Part shown: one piece after another, positions 21,146-30,010 of the stretch
How positions within the stretch are numbered: the first letter of the stretch is position 1
How the letters are laid out: each line of letters begins with the position of its first letter
Origin: an uncultured bacterium
GTDB lineage: Bacteria > Patescibacteriota > Saccharimonadia > UBA4664
DNA length: 64,000 bases
Assembly (NCBI GenBank): GCA_963720265.1
Contig: CAVRET010000002.1
Coordinates: 71,602 to 135,601, forward strand
Direction of reading: 5' to 3'
The notes under the pieces: generated by a model
Told to the model about the DNA's origin: nothing
Database searches by the model: none
Seen by the model: only the letters and a program-made list of their open reading frames with translations
Position numbers and translations under genes: made by a program

Positions 21146-21540
21146 CGTAACCTCACATACACTTCAACAATTCCTAACAACAATGCCAGTAGTATACCAT
21201 CAAGCGTACTCAACTGATGAAGCGAACTTAAGGCCAGCAGCCCGGTCACCCAACCGCTAGCCAACAAACCTTGCCGCCATGAGTAGCGCAAGCGGTTAAG
21301 GCCGGTCGCGTGAACATGCAAAAACCATTTAACGGCATAAAGTACCAGGCAAATGGCCGCCGCCATTGTCACGAGTAACACCAAAAACCACAGTGTAACG
21401 CCGAGTGGTCCGAGCCCCAATGGATTGGTGAAAACCAGGCTCAGGCCAATCGCTGCGGCACCGATGATTAAACTTAGTACCAGTACACTCAACCAACCAA
21501 CAACAGTCACGTAACCCTCACCGTTAACGGTTACGCTCAT
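21136..21540 (-). CDS. four-TM membrane protein (hypothetical), first gene of the pheST operon
   Basis: The ORF track gives 21136-21588. I prefer the internal ATG (MSVTVNGEGYV...) with a GGAG RBS, because the longer start falls inside a terminator stem. It overlaps the pheS start by 10 nt. Confidence 0.45.
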   Translation of the reverse strand: MSVTVNGEGYVTVVGWLSVLVLSLIIGAAAIGLSLVFTNPLGLGPLGVTLWFLVLLVTMAAAICLVLYAVKWFLHVHATGLNRLRYSWRQGLLASGWVTGLLALSSLHQLSTLDGILLALLLGIVEVYVRLRWP

Positions 21541-21575
21541 TATCGCACTCCGCACAGTGCGTTCGCAAACAGCGC

Positions 21576-21607
21576 AAAAACCGTCCACCGGGTGTATCGG
21601 TGGACGG
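21576..21607 (-). terminator. rho-independent terminator/attenuator hairpin just upstream of the membrane-protein/pheST operon
   Basis: A 10-bp stem CCGTCCACCG/CGGTGGACGG with a 7-nt loop is followed on the minus strand by TTTTT. It lies about 36 nt before the preferred start at 21540. Confidence 0.5.
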
Positions 21608-21829
21608 GGAAAAATAAGTCCAGAGTTACGGGCCGAACAAGCATCCGTTATATGTGTAATTGACGCGTCGGCCCGTAAGGGGATCTCTACCCATGGGTCG
21701 CATTGCGTTACTTCCTTGTTAGAGGTTGTTGGCTCAATGTTTGTTTTTGAGTAAAGATTTTGGTTTGTGAACTTGCGCGCAACGTTTTTAGTTATCGTTT
21801 GTTAATTGCGTAAAGCAAGTTCATAGTGA

Positions 21830-22190
21830 CTTCCTCCTGCCCGTTCGGGCAGCCGGAAGGCAGCCGGCTACAATCAGGGATTGCAACCGCTTGCCCTCCG
21901 ACTCTCGTATTAGCGACCTTTGGCGCGCCGTCCTAGTTTGGGCCTAGGACAAAAAGGTGGCGGACGATAGTAGGGTGAACCCAGGTTAGAAATAAGGGGG
22001 ATACCTCTAACCAGGGCTGACCCTACCATCTGGGAAGGAGTTGAAGTAAGAGACTGGACTGTCAACGAACTTGGCCATAACTTAGCACAAGCGTGATAGA
22101 TTGTCAATTTCCCTACCCTGCTCTAACTGCATGTGAGGATTACCTACACGTAGGCAAAAAACGACGACTTCGTTGTAATTTTGATCTCCG
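21830..22190. other. GC-rich structured island inside a 700-bp AT-rich intergenic region (candidate ncRNA or leader; identity not assignable)
   Basis: Many nested stems are visible. Examples are CTGCCCG/GGGCAG, AGCCGG-GGAA-loop-CCGGCT, GTCCTAG/CTAGGAC, CCAGGTTAGA/TCTAACCAGG and GTAGGGT/ACCCTAC. A hairpin plus T-run lies at about 22157-22185 on the plus strand. No RNase P, SRP, tmRNA or T-box consensus was found. Confidence 0.25.
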
Positions 22191-22306
22191 TTCTATCGGA
22201 CGATGTTGATTTAAAAACAACACCCAGCCTCAAACTAACAAGTGCCTCGCAAGAGTAGAATCACAATTAGAATACGAACGGCTTAAATACGCAAAGGTCG
22301 CAAAGC

Positions 22307-23299
22307 CTAGACGAGACCAAGCCGCTCCTTAACCACGGTCAGCTTGGCATTGGCCAGCTCACTCGCCCGCCACCAGCCGTGCTCCAAGGCCTTATCAATA
22401 CGCTCGTTATCATCTTTCATCAGCTGCTGGAATGTGTGCTGCAGCGGCTTCAGCGTATGTACCACCAAATCAGCCAAGTCTTCCTTGAAATCGCCGTAGC
22501 CTCTTCCGGCATACTTTTCTTCAAGCTCAGGGATAGTCTTCCCGCTCAGCACCGACATGATCACCAGGAGATTCGTCAGCGCTGGCTTGTCCGGACCGCT
22601 TGCCACCTGACTACCGGAGTCGGTAACGGCGCGCATGATCTTCTTCCGAATCAACCCCTCGTCATCGGTCAACAGGATAGAGCCGCTGAGATCTTCATCG
22701 CTCTTGCTCATTTTGCGGGTGGGATCCTGCAAGTCCATAATGCGCGCCCCCTCCTCCTGAACCACCGGCTCCGGCACACGAAACGTATCGCCATGGATAT
22801 TGTTAAACCGGGTCGCGATATCACGCGTCAGTTCTACATGCTGTTTCTGATCATCGCCAACCGGCACTTCATCTGCATCGTAGAGTAAAATGTCAGCCGC
22901 CATCAATACCGGGTAATCATACAAGCCAACCAACTGGCCCTCGGGCCCAAACTTCTGAGCCTTATCTTTAAACTGGGTCATACGATTGAGCTCACCCACG
23001 GTCGTGTAGTTGTTAAAAATCCAGGTTAGCTCCGAGTGAGCCGGCACTTGCGACTGCATGAAGATGTATGAGTGGTCATGGTCAACTCCAGAAGCCAACA
23101 ACCAGGCCACTGCCGCCCGGCTGTTGTGCTTGAGCTCCTTTGGGTCAGGCCGAACCGTGAGAGCATGCAGATTTGGCACAAAGAAAAAGTGCTCGCTTCC
23201 CGACTCAGCACTCATCTCACCCCAGCGTCTGAGTGCGCCCAAGTAATTACCCAGTGTTAAATCACCCGTTGGCTTTACACCTGACACAACTCGCTTCAC
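22307..23299 (-). CDS. trpS: tryptophan--tRNA ligase
   Basis: The N-terminus is MKRVVSGVKPTGDLTLGNYLGA (HIGH-region variant) and a KMSKS motif is present. Confidence 0.9.
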   Translation of the reverse strand: MKRVVSGVKPTGDLTLGNYLGALRRWGEMSAESGSEHFFFVPNLHALTVRPDPKELKHNSRAAVAWLLASGVDHDHSYIFMQSQVPAHSELTWIFNNYTTVGELNRMTQFKDKAQKFGPEGQLVGLYDYPVLMAADILLYDADEVPVGDDQKQHVELTRDIATRFNNIHGDTFRVPEPVVQEEGARIMDLQDPTRKMSKSDEDLSGSILLTDDEGLIRKKIMRAVTDSGSQVASGPDKPALTNLLVIMSVLSGKTIPELEEKYAGRGYGDFKEDLADLVVHTLKPLQHTFQQLMKDDNERIDKALEHGWWRASELANAKLTVVKERLGLV

Positions 23300-23342
23300 T
23301 CTCGTACTCCTTTACCTTGGCGTTGGCCTTATTATAGCGTCA

Positions 23343-24407
23343 TTAATCGTCGACGGCAGGCCGCTCCAACGTCAGAGGTTCAATACTCGGCGTCGTATCC
23401 GAAATTCTGACCACATCCTTATCAACCTTCTTGAGCTCACGATGTGCCGCGTTAAAGTGATTCACCGTCGTTCCAAGTGAGTTGCCGAGTTTTTGCATGT
23501 ATTGCTCATGCGCCGCCATATGCTGGCCCAACTCTCCCACTCGCTTTTGAATGTCCTTGGTCTTCTCCTCGATTTGTAAGCTCCTGAGGCCTTGTATGAC
23601 TGTCTGCAAGTAGGCCATGAAGCTGGTTGGACTAACAATAATCACCCGCTTGTCCCGAAACGCGTATTCGATCAGATCACGGGCATTCGTTTGCAATGTG
23701 CCCACTTTATTAATCAATAAGTCGTAATAAATCGCTTCACTCGGGATAAACATAAAAGCAAAATCCATCGTATCCTCATTCGGCCGGATGTATTTCGCTG
23801 TTTCATCAATCCGCTGCTTTAAGTCGGATTTAATCGCCTTGATGAGGGCCTCCTGTTTGTCGTGGTCTTTTTCTTCCACTAGCCGGTTATAATTCTCAAG
23901 CGAAAACTTCGAATCTACCGGCAACATAAGCCCGCGGTCAAGCCGAATCACTGCGTCGACAATCTCGCCGTCACCAAATTTGTATTGCAGTTCAAACCGC
24001 TCTGGAGGCAACACATTCTCAAGCACACTCTGCAAGAAATACTCACCCAATACACCGCGCTGTTTGGGATTTTGTAGTGTATTTTGCAACAGCTTAAGCT
24101 CATCGGTAATACTCATGACCCGCTTGTTGCTCTCTTTTAATTCAGTTAAATCGCGCGTCACCTCGCCAATCAACCTACTCGATGCCGCAAACTGCCGGCT
24201 CATCGCCTCATTCATGGCCGCACTCGACTTATCCAGTCGCTCGTTCAACGTATTATGAATCCCCTGCAGATCCTGTTTAATGAGCCCCAGTGCGGCATCA
24301 TTCTTCTCCCCCTCTCTAAGAGCTTGGATTTGCCTGCCCAACACCAGCACCACAGCAACAAAACCAATGACAATCACCACCGCCACAACTATCAAAAGCA
24401 TCATCAT
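23343..24407 (-). CDS. rmuC: DNA recombination protein RmuC
   Basis: N-terminal TM helix, a long coiled coil, and the C-terminal FMFIPSEAIYYDLL and VSPTSFMAYL RmuC signature. Confidence 0.85.
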   Translation of the reverse strand: MMMLLIVVAVVIVIGFVAVVLVLGRQIQALREGEKNDAALGLIKQDLQGIHNTLNERLDKSSAAMNEAMSRQFAASSRLIGEVTRDLTELKESNKRVMSITDELKLLQNTLQNPKQRGVLGEYFLQSVLENVLPPERFELQYKFGDGEIVDAVIRLDRGLMLPVDSKFSLENYNRLVEEKDHDKQEALIKAIKSDLKQRIDETAKYIRPNEDTMDFAFMFIPSEAIYYDLLINKVGTLQTNARDLIEYAFRDKRVIIVSPTSFMAYLQTVIQGLRSLQIEEKTKDIQKRVGELGQHMAAHEQYMQKLGNSLGTTVNHFNAAHRELKKVDKDVVRISDTTPSIEPLTLERPAVDD

Positions 24408-24779
24408 AGAGCTACTATATCAGCGCCCTATCTTCCGAACAACACCCAAACAGCCTAAGACAAAGTAAGCGATCCTTTTGTCGCATAAGATATGACATTA
24501 TCCAGTGATTTTTTGGCTTTGTAGAGGAAAAGATTTTTAAAACTTTGACAAGAAACTCAGCCCGAACAAACGATGTTATGGTATGTTTTTGCAAATTAGA
24601 CCGATAGACGTTGTCGTCCTACGATTATGGGGTAACCAAAAAGGCCGGTACGTCTACCGACCATCGGCCATTTGGCTGCTAGGACCGTATCAAGATCGTC
24701 GCAATCTTTGTGGCGATCTTTTTGATCGCTAGCCACGCCAAGTCGCAAGTTTTTGCGACTAAAACGCTGGCGATCCATT

Positions 24780-25360
24780 AACCCCGCGAGGAACCCCGGA
24801 GCTTGCTCCGGGGAGGGATAGCGCCGGCGAGCACCTGTCCGCCTCTGGTGGACACAGCAGTCTTTCATTAGCACAATGGTGGTATGGACGTTCAAATCGG
24901 TGCCCACTGTCGGTATCAGATTCGGTACCATTTGGTATGGGGTGTCAAACTTCGACGCAAGGTACTGCTAGCCAACCGCAGCCAATACTTAAAGCGGGTG
25001 CTTGTCGAGATAGCCCAGGCTTACGACTGGGAGCTGGAAGCTGTTGGCACCGATGACGACCATGTCCATGTATTTATAGGTGCTCATCCAAAAATCGCGC
25101 CAGAGAAGTTGGTACAGATCTTAAAAAGCAAGAGCGCACGGGCCTTGTTTGTCCAGTTTCCCGAAGTCAAACAGTTCTTGTGGGGCGGTGCGATGTGGAG
25201 TGTCGGCTATTACATTAGGACCGTCTCTGACGGTCCGTTGGAAGGAGTTATAAAGACGTATGTTGAGCAACAAGGTAAGCACCGACCCACTCAGGCCAAA
25301 TCGTACCAACTGAAGCTGGTGCCCTAAGTGACAACCACGGAGCTTGCTCCGTGGGGGTGT
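24780..25360 (+). mobile_element. IS200/IS605-family insertion sequence (tnpA only)
   Basis: tnpA is flanked by near-identical direct-orientation hairpins. CCCCGGAGCttgCTCCGGGG lies at 24794-24813 and CCACGGAGCttgCTCCGTGG at 25335-25354. This is the typical subterminal LE/RE structure of Y1-transposase IS elements. Confidence 0.6.
24884..25327 (+). CDS. tnpA: IS200-like Y1 (HUH) transposase TnpA
   Basis: The 147-aa product contains YHLVWGVKLRRKVL, an HUH motif (DHVHVFI) and the catalytic-Tyr region (MWSVGYYI). Confidence 0.8.
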   Translation: MDVQIGAHCRYQIRYHLVWGVKLRRKVLLANRSQYLKRVLVEIAQAYDWELEAVGTDDDHVHVFIGAHPKIAPEKLVQILKSKSARALFVQFPEVKQFLWGGAMWSVGYYIRTVSDGPLEGVIKTYVEQQGKHRPTQAKSYQLKLVP

Positions 25361-25598
25361 CTTTGAAAGACCTACACGAGAAGGAGCCGGACAATCTCGT
25401 CCATGCTGGCCTCCGTGTTTATATTGGTTTTAAACGGAGGCGGTGTAACCCGCACCTCCAATAAACCACAAGAATTTTAGCTTTTAGCTTGACGATATTG
25501 ATTATATCCGTAAATGTATTCGAATGTGTTGTTAATACCACAACAAAGCCATATTTTGGCTTAAGTCAGTCCGCCGATGCTATGAGGGGTCACTCGAC

Positions 25599-26054
25599 CT
25601 AAACTATAGCTTTCAATAAACCGTCGATGCCCCGCTCAAACGCCGTCTCATCCTGCACACTCAAACGCTCAAATAATTCCTTTTGTCGCCGTGCCATCAT
25701 TGCCGCCGCCTCCCCCACTGCCTGCTTCCCTCGATCGGTCAAAGCTAGTACGTTCTCGCGCTTGCTCTTCGGATGCGGCTGCTGGATTACGAGCCCGCGT
25801 GTACCAAGTACTTCAACCTGCCGCGTTACAACTGCCGGCGTTACGTCCAAATAGCTGGCCAGCTCTCGCTGGCTCGCCTCGCCGAGTACGGCCAGCCCAT
25901 CAAGCAGCCTAAATTGAGAAAAGGTCAGCGCGAAGCTGACCTTTAACTCTGACTCCACCTCTCGCTCGAGGCTATTTGCGACTCGGGCGATTTTGTTGAG
26001 AAGTGATTTCTCAAATTTTGATTGAGAATTCCTTACCTGCACATTGAACTCCAT
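25599..26054 (-). CDS. MarR-family transcriptional regulator
   Basis: A winged HTH is present (FSQFRLLDGLAVLGEASQRELASYLDVTPAVVTRQVEVL). The ORF track extends to 26165 using a TTG. The internal ATG (MEFNVQ...) gives the typical ~150-aa size and has an AGGGG RBS. Confidence 0.7.
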   Translation of the reverse strand: MEFNVQVRNSQSKFEKSLLNKIARVANSLEREVESELKVSFALTFSQFRLLDGLAVLGEASQRELASYLDVTPAVVTRQVEVLGTRGLVIQQPHPKSKRENVLALTDRGKQAVGEAAAMMARRQKELFERLSVQDETAFERGIDGLLKAIV

Positions 26055-26353
26055 AAACAATATACCCCTAAATAATTTAGGGGTCAACAGTTTTCCCTCA
26101 CGATTTATCCACATGCTATCCCCCATCCGCGGCGCCAAACCGAACACCCAACCTAAATCCGTCAACTCTATCTGACAGTAAGCACGCTCCAGGATACGAC
26201 AGCATTAGAAATGCTATATTTTCCGAAATTCCGACTTAAAGTAAGGCTGAATCATATAGTATTTCTCTATTTATTAAATTAATGCATCTCGCAAGCTTAG
26301 GGATGCTAAAATAACAAAGCTGAAAAAGCCGACTTGAAAGGCGGTGTACCTAC

Positions 26354-26557
26354 ATGCCTGAAACCAATTGGATCGCCAGGCGGCACAGCGGAGGCCACTC
26401 CACCTATGCCACTGCCGAACACGCCGACTCGACCAACCAGACTACCCTAAGAGGACTGGCCATGCGCTTTCCAACCGAAGGACAGGCGAAGAAGGTTTTC
26501 GCCGACATGAACCCTGGCGAGCAAGCGCTATGGGAGACCCTCGAGGTACACAACTAA
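26354..26557 (+). CDS. small hypothetical protein (67 aa)
   Basis: It has an RBS-like AAAGG upstream and ends 8 nt before a perfect 16-bp stem hairpin. Support is weak. Confidence 0.25.
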   Translation: MPETNWIARRHSGGHSTYATAEHADSTNQTTLRGLAMRFPTEGQAKKVFADMNPGEQALWETLEVHN

Positions 26558-26564
26558 GTCCAGC

Positions 26565-26602
26565 CTGAACTCTTCCGGGGTTCATCCCCCGGAAGAGTTC
26601 AG
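26565..26602. repeat. perfect 16-bp stem hairpin (terminator-like, no U-tract; REP/IS200-end-like core)
   Basis: CTGAACTCTTCCGGGG ttcatc CCCCGGAAGAGTTCAG. Its CCGGGG...CCCCGG core resembles the IS200 end hairpins. Confidence 0.45.
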
Positions 26603-26776
26603 ATCCAGTTCGTGATTAAGTTAAAATTACTTTAACTACTTCTCTTTCTTTTAAAGTTTATTAAAAAATTCGATAATAATAAGGTTGCAGCGTGATTGAA
26701 TTATCATTTTTTTGGCCAACGATAATGTTATAAAAACTGAAATTATTGCAGAAATTAAGTGTGATTTGGCAACATT

Positions 26777-26807
26777 AAAACCGCCTACGTCGACGTTAGG
26801 CGGTTTT
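26777..26807. terminator. bidirectional rho-independent terminator
   Basis: AAAA-CCGCCTAcgtcgacgtTAGGCGG-TTTT is near-palindromic and sits between the convergent small ORF and vapC. Confidence 0.4.
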
Positions 26808-26812
26808 AATGT

Positions 26813-26844
26813 TCGTCCTGTGCGGCCAGCTTCGAAACTGGCAC
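26813..26844. repeat. direct repeat copy 1 (30/32 identical to 27625-27656), flanking the vapBC cassette
   Basis: TCGTCCTGTGCGGCCAGCTTCGaAACTGGcAC. The repeat contains the internal hairpin CCAGcTTC/GAAcTGG. Confidence 0.5.
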
Positions 26845-26854
26845 ACCTCAGATG

Positions 26855-27253
26855 CTACAAGCCCTCTATGATGATCTCATCAAGACGAAGATTGGTAAGC
26901 ATTTTATCGTTAGTAATAAAGACCTCAGCCTTATGCTCAACTGCGGTTGCAATGTGAACAGCGTCATAACCATAAACCGCCCTCCCATAATGCTTAGTCA
27001 ATTCAATCGCACGCTCGCAGATCCTTAAACTAACTGGCATAAACTTAGTTGCGCCCAAATCCCGCAATGCAGCTACTAGCTCAGTAGGATCGCCTTCCTG
27101 CAACATCACGCCCGTAAGAAGCTCTTGCCACGCTAGAACTGATAATACAGCTCCCTCATGCTCGCCTCTCTGCACAATAGATTGTGCCGCTTTTGACCAG
27201 GAACTTGTGCCTTCGAGAGCGTAGATCAGTATATTTGTGTCGTAGGCTATCAC
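26855..27253 (-). CDS. vapC: PIN-domain toxin VapC
   Basis: It starts MIAYDTNILIY and has conserved acidic residues. It overlaps the antitoxin stop by 4 nt. Confidence 0.8.
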   Translation of the reverse strand: MIAYDTNILIYALEGTSSWSKAAQSIVQRGEHEGAVLSVLAWQELLTGVMLQEGDPTELVAALRDLGATKFMPVSLRICERAIELTKHYGRAVYGYDAVHIATAVEHKAEVFITNDKMLTNLRLDEIIIEGL

Positions 27254-27528
27254 GATTTAAGTCTGGGTTGCATTGAATCACGCAACGTCCTAGTGTATTC
27301 GGCCGCATCTTGACCACGATTAGTCCATAGACCAGGAAGAGTACCGAAACGCCTCTCGATGGGCAGCTTCTCAGAAATCTTTAGATCGCCGTCATCCGTG
27401 ACAGTAACCGTAATCCGAGACCCAGGTTTTAAATTGAGCTGCTCACGCAAGTTCCTAGGCAAAGTAACCTGACTCTGCGACGAAACCTTTAGTGTGTAGG
27501 AAGTGTTCTTCATACACTGAATATACAT
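27250..27528 (-). CDS. vapB: AbrB/SpoVT/MazE-type antitoxin (VapB)
   Basis: A swapped-hairpin barrel motif is present (YTLKVSSQSQVTLPRNLREQLNLKPGSRITV). An alternative start lies at 27513 (MKNTSY...). Confidence 0.7.
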   Translation of the reverse strand: MYIQCMKNTSYTLKVSSQSQVTLPRNLREQLNLKPGSRITVTVTDDGDLKISEKLPIERRFGTLPGLWTNRGQDAAEYTRTLRDSMQPRLKS

Positions 27529-27624
27529 GATAATGGTACTAAAGTAAAGGTAAACGATTTACTTTATATATGACAGCTCAATCGTAAACATCTTGTCTGC
27601 ACAATAAAAGCATAAGAATCTTGG

Positions 27625-27656
27625 TCGTCCTGTGCGGCCAGCTTCGGAACTGGGAC
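27625..27656. repeat. direct repeat copy 2 (partner of 26813-26844)
   Basis: TCGTCCTGTGCGGCCAGCTTCGgAACTGGgAC. Confidence 0.5.
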
Positions 27657-27667
27657 GACTTATCCAA

Positions 27668-28231
27668 TTAGGACTTCGTAAATAGCTCCTCAGTGTCCTT
27701 CAAAAATACATCCAGCATATCCTTCTCCGACAGCCCCTTGTTCTTGTGCCCCAAATCAGTACGCATACACAGAATCACTCGAGCCGCCGCCTTCAACACA
27801 TTTTGGCTATCAGCAACGGCTGACCGCCGGAACTCAACAAATGCCTTTAGCGTGTTATCACTCCACCAAAGAGACCCATTTACCATCGCGCTTCTTAGCA
27901 TATCTCTTACGAAATTCAGATCTTTTGCCTTATCCGGGTCCTGAGTCACGGCCCAAATGTCACTCATAAACTTCGAGCAGACTTCCTCCTTTCTCTGCGC
28001 CTGCTGGGCTTGAATCTGGAGTTCCCGATCTTTCAGCTTTGTTGACCGTGCCACCCAAACCGATCCCCCTACAGTAAGCACTGCCACGACCAGGGTAACA
28101 TTGAGGTGCTTTAGATCAGCTCCAAAACTCTGCCAGAGCCATCTCAAGAATAATAATGCCAACACTAATAGCCCCAACGAAACGACCAAACCGAGCATAA
28201 TCTGTGCTTTCGACGGCTTAACTCTAGCCAT
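27668..28231 (-). CDS. membrane protein, two N-terminal TM helices (hypothetical)
   Basis: A 187-aa ORF with no recognisable motif, in the low-GC island. Confidence 0.4.
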   Translation of the reverse strand: MARVKPSKAQIMLGLVVSLGLLVLALLFLRWLWQSFGADLKHLNVTLVVAVLTVGGSVWVARSTKLKDRELQIQAQQAQRKEEVCSKFMSDIWAVTQDPDKAKDLNFVRDMLRSAMVNGSLWWSDNTLKAFVEFRRSAVADSQNVLKAAARVILCMRTDLGHKNKGLSEKDMLDVFLKDTEELFTKS

Positions 28232-28284
28232 ATATCGTACCTCTTACCTTAATTCTCTAGCGCAACACTATACAGTCTGCGCAC

Positions 28285-28575
28285 CTATTTCTGATTTTTC
28301 TGCGTACACGTACTGTATGGAAGACAAAACTGATTGAATATCGTGCCAGCACTTTTGAGCAATGCAGCTCCAAAGAATAATGTGGCGAGTATAACCGCGA
28401 TGCCTATCGCGCAAGCCATCATCTGCCCCGGACTAAACTTACGCAACTCAGCCAGAAAGTTACGCCTTGGGTGAGGTTTCGGCTTTCTATCGACACGCTC
28501 AACTATCCGAGCTTGCCGGATGTCCGGAATTTTAGGATTCTTTGCACGCCTGAGGTCGCGCATAACTCGTAGCAT
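28285..28575 (-). CDS. small membrane protein (hypothetical)
   Basis: A 96-aa ORF with one TM helix. Support is weak. Confidence 0.3.
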   Translation of the reverse strand: MLRVMRDLRRAKNPKIPDIRQARIVERVDRKPKPHPRRNFLAELRKFSPGQMMACAIGIAVILATLFFGAALLKSAGTIFNQFCLPYSTCTQKNQK

Positions 28576-28926
28576 GATGGTTGATAACCCTCATATCTCC
28601 CATCGCTACGGCACTACTACCAAAGGTTCACCTATCCAAAAAATACTCTCTGTAAAGCCATAAAATTGGCTTCAGGCTATTGAACGGCCTACAAATTTCT
28701 GTTAACCTTTGGTTACGTCACAGTAGACTTAGGGGGATGATTAATTTTTCAAAATCTGACAAAAGATCTGGAGCTAAGGGGGCAAAGCGTCGCCAAACAC
28801 GTACCCCTATTTTTGTCATGTGTTATCATTCCTCCTACTGTGATTTAGTAATACTCCGGCCTTACCGCTTATGCTTGGCTTTGCAAAGCCACTAAAGCTA
28901 ATGACGGTTACATTATGGCCCGGCCC

Positions 28927-28962
28927 ATAGCCTCCTGACAAGTGGAGGCTATTTATTTTGGC
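28927..28962 (+). terminator. rho-independent terminator with no obvious upstream CDS (possible sRNA 3' end)
   Basis: ATAGCCTCC tgacaagt GGAGGCTAT followed by TTATTTTGGCGTCTTTTTTT. Confidence 0.4.
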
Positions 28963-29083
28963 GTCTTTTTTTATTCACGCCTATACTAGTCACACTACCT
29001 TATCTGATATACCCTGCCATCAGTAGACAGTGACCACATCTCGGTAGTCTCGATACCCTGCCTAGCTCTACATATGATATATT

Positions 29084-29812
29084 TTGCCCATGCTAACAAA
29101 ACAACAGATTATCGATGAGATTAAGCGCACTGCCAGTGACAACGAAGGCAAACCATTGGGAGAGCGCAAGTTCAAAAGCGAAACCGGTATCAGCTCATGG
29201 GATTGGGGCAAGTATTGGGCAAGGTTTGGTGATGCACGGAGAGAAGCTGGTTTTGAGCCCAACCAAAGAAATGTCGCCTATGAGGACGAGGTATTAAATG
29301 AGAAAGCCGTTGAGTTGATACGTAGCTTAGGCAAGCTACCCACATATCGCGAACTACATCTAGCCTCGGTGAATGACCTGGACTTTCCATCCATTCACGC
29401 GTTTCGAAGGCGTTATACGACTATACCTGGCCTTATCGAGGGGTTATACGAGTTCTATAAAGGCAAAGATGGCTATCAAGACATAGTTAGCCTTTGTATA
29501 CCTGTACTAGAGAACACTGTTGGGGCACCAGCTACTGCAAAAGATAACGCTAGTGCCGGTGAAGTTTACCTTGTCAAATCGGGCCGCTATTACAAGATCG
29601 GCATGACTCGTGACATTGTACGACGAGGAAGTGAACTTAGGATTCAGCTTCCAGAGCGAATGGACTTGATTCATTCAATTACTACCGATGACCCGAGTGG
29701 CATTGAATCCTACTCGCACAGACGTTTTGAGCCTAAGCGAATGAACGGTGAATGGTTTGACCTCACTTCTACCGAAGTTAAGGCATTTAAGCGTTGGAAG
29801 CGGATATACTAA
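29084..29812 (+). CDS. T5orf172/GIY-YIG-like (MUG113) domain protein
   Basis: The C-terminal half contains VYLVKSGRYYKIGMT...EL, a conserved His and an EWF motif, the T5orf172 hallmark of phage and mobile-element proteins. Confidence 0.6.
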   Translation: MPMLTKQQIIDEIKRTASDNEGKPLGERKFKSETGISSWDWGKYWARFGDARREAGFEPNQRNVAYEDEVLNEKAVELIRSLGKLPTYRELHLASVNDLDFPSIHAFRRRYTTIPGLIEGLYEFYKGKDGYQDIVSLCIPVLENTVGAPATAKDNASAGEVYLVKSGRYYKIGMTRDIVRRGSELRIQLPERMDLIHSITTDDPSGIESYSHRRFEPKRMNGEWFDLTSTEVKAFKRWKRIY

Positions 29813-30010
29813 GCGTACACTCTTTCAATTTCAGCTAGATCTGGTATCCTCTCTTTTTCTAAGAAGGAGGATTCAGTTTATGATGACTAACAACCGTATC
29901 TCAGCCCTTCCGACGGCTATTCAAATCATGTGGTCCACAGAGCGGGCTGAATCGCTTGGGGGACATGTCGGACGGCCAGATGTGCATGTGACTTATATAC
30001 AGGCTTATTC

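Noticed and set aside
21540-21700. T-box riboswitch upstream of pheST
   Set aside because: Terminator geometry fits, but no T-box consensus (AGGGUGGNACCGCG) or recognisable Stem I specifier elements lie upstream of the hairpin. It is reported only as an unassigned attenuator candidate.
21830-22140. tmRNA, SRP RNA or RNase P RNA assignment for the structured intergenic island
   Set aside because: The real tmRNA is at 54087-54464. The CCGGAAGG segment forms a GGAA tetraloop but lacks the conserved symmetric internal loop of SRP domain IV. No GGAAAGUCCGG or GGUAAGAG RNase P motifs are present.
26368-26568. Overlapping alternative small ORF (66 aa) in the AT-rich island segment
   Set aside because: It overlaps the slightly better supported 26354-26557 ORF in another frame. 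Neither has homology. Only one is listed, with low confidence.
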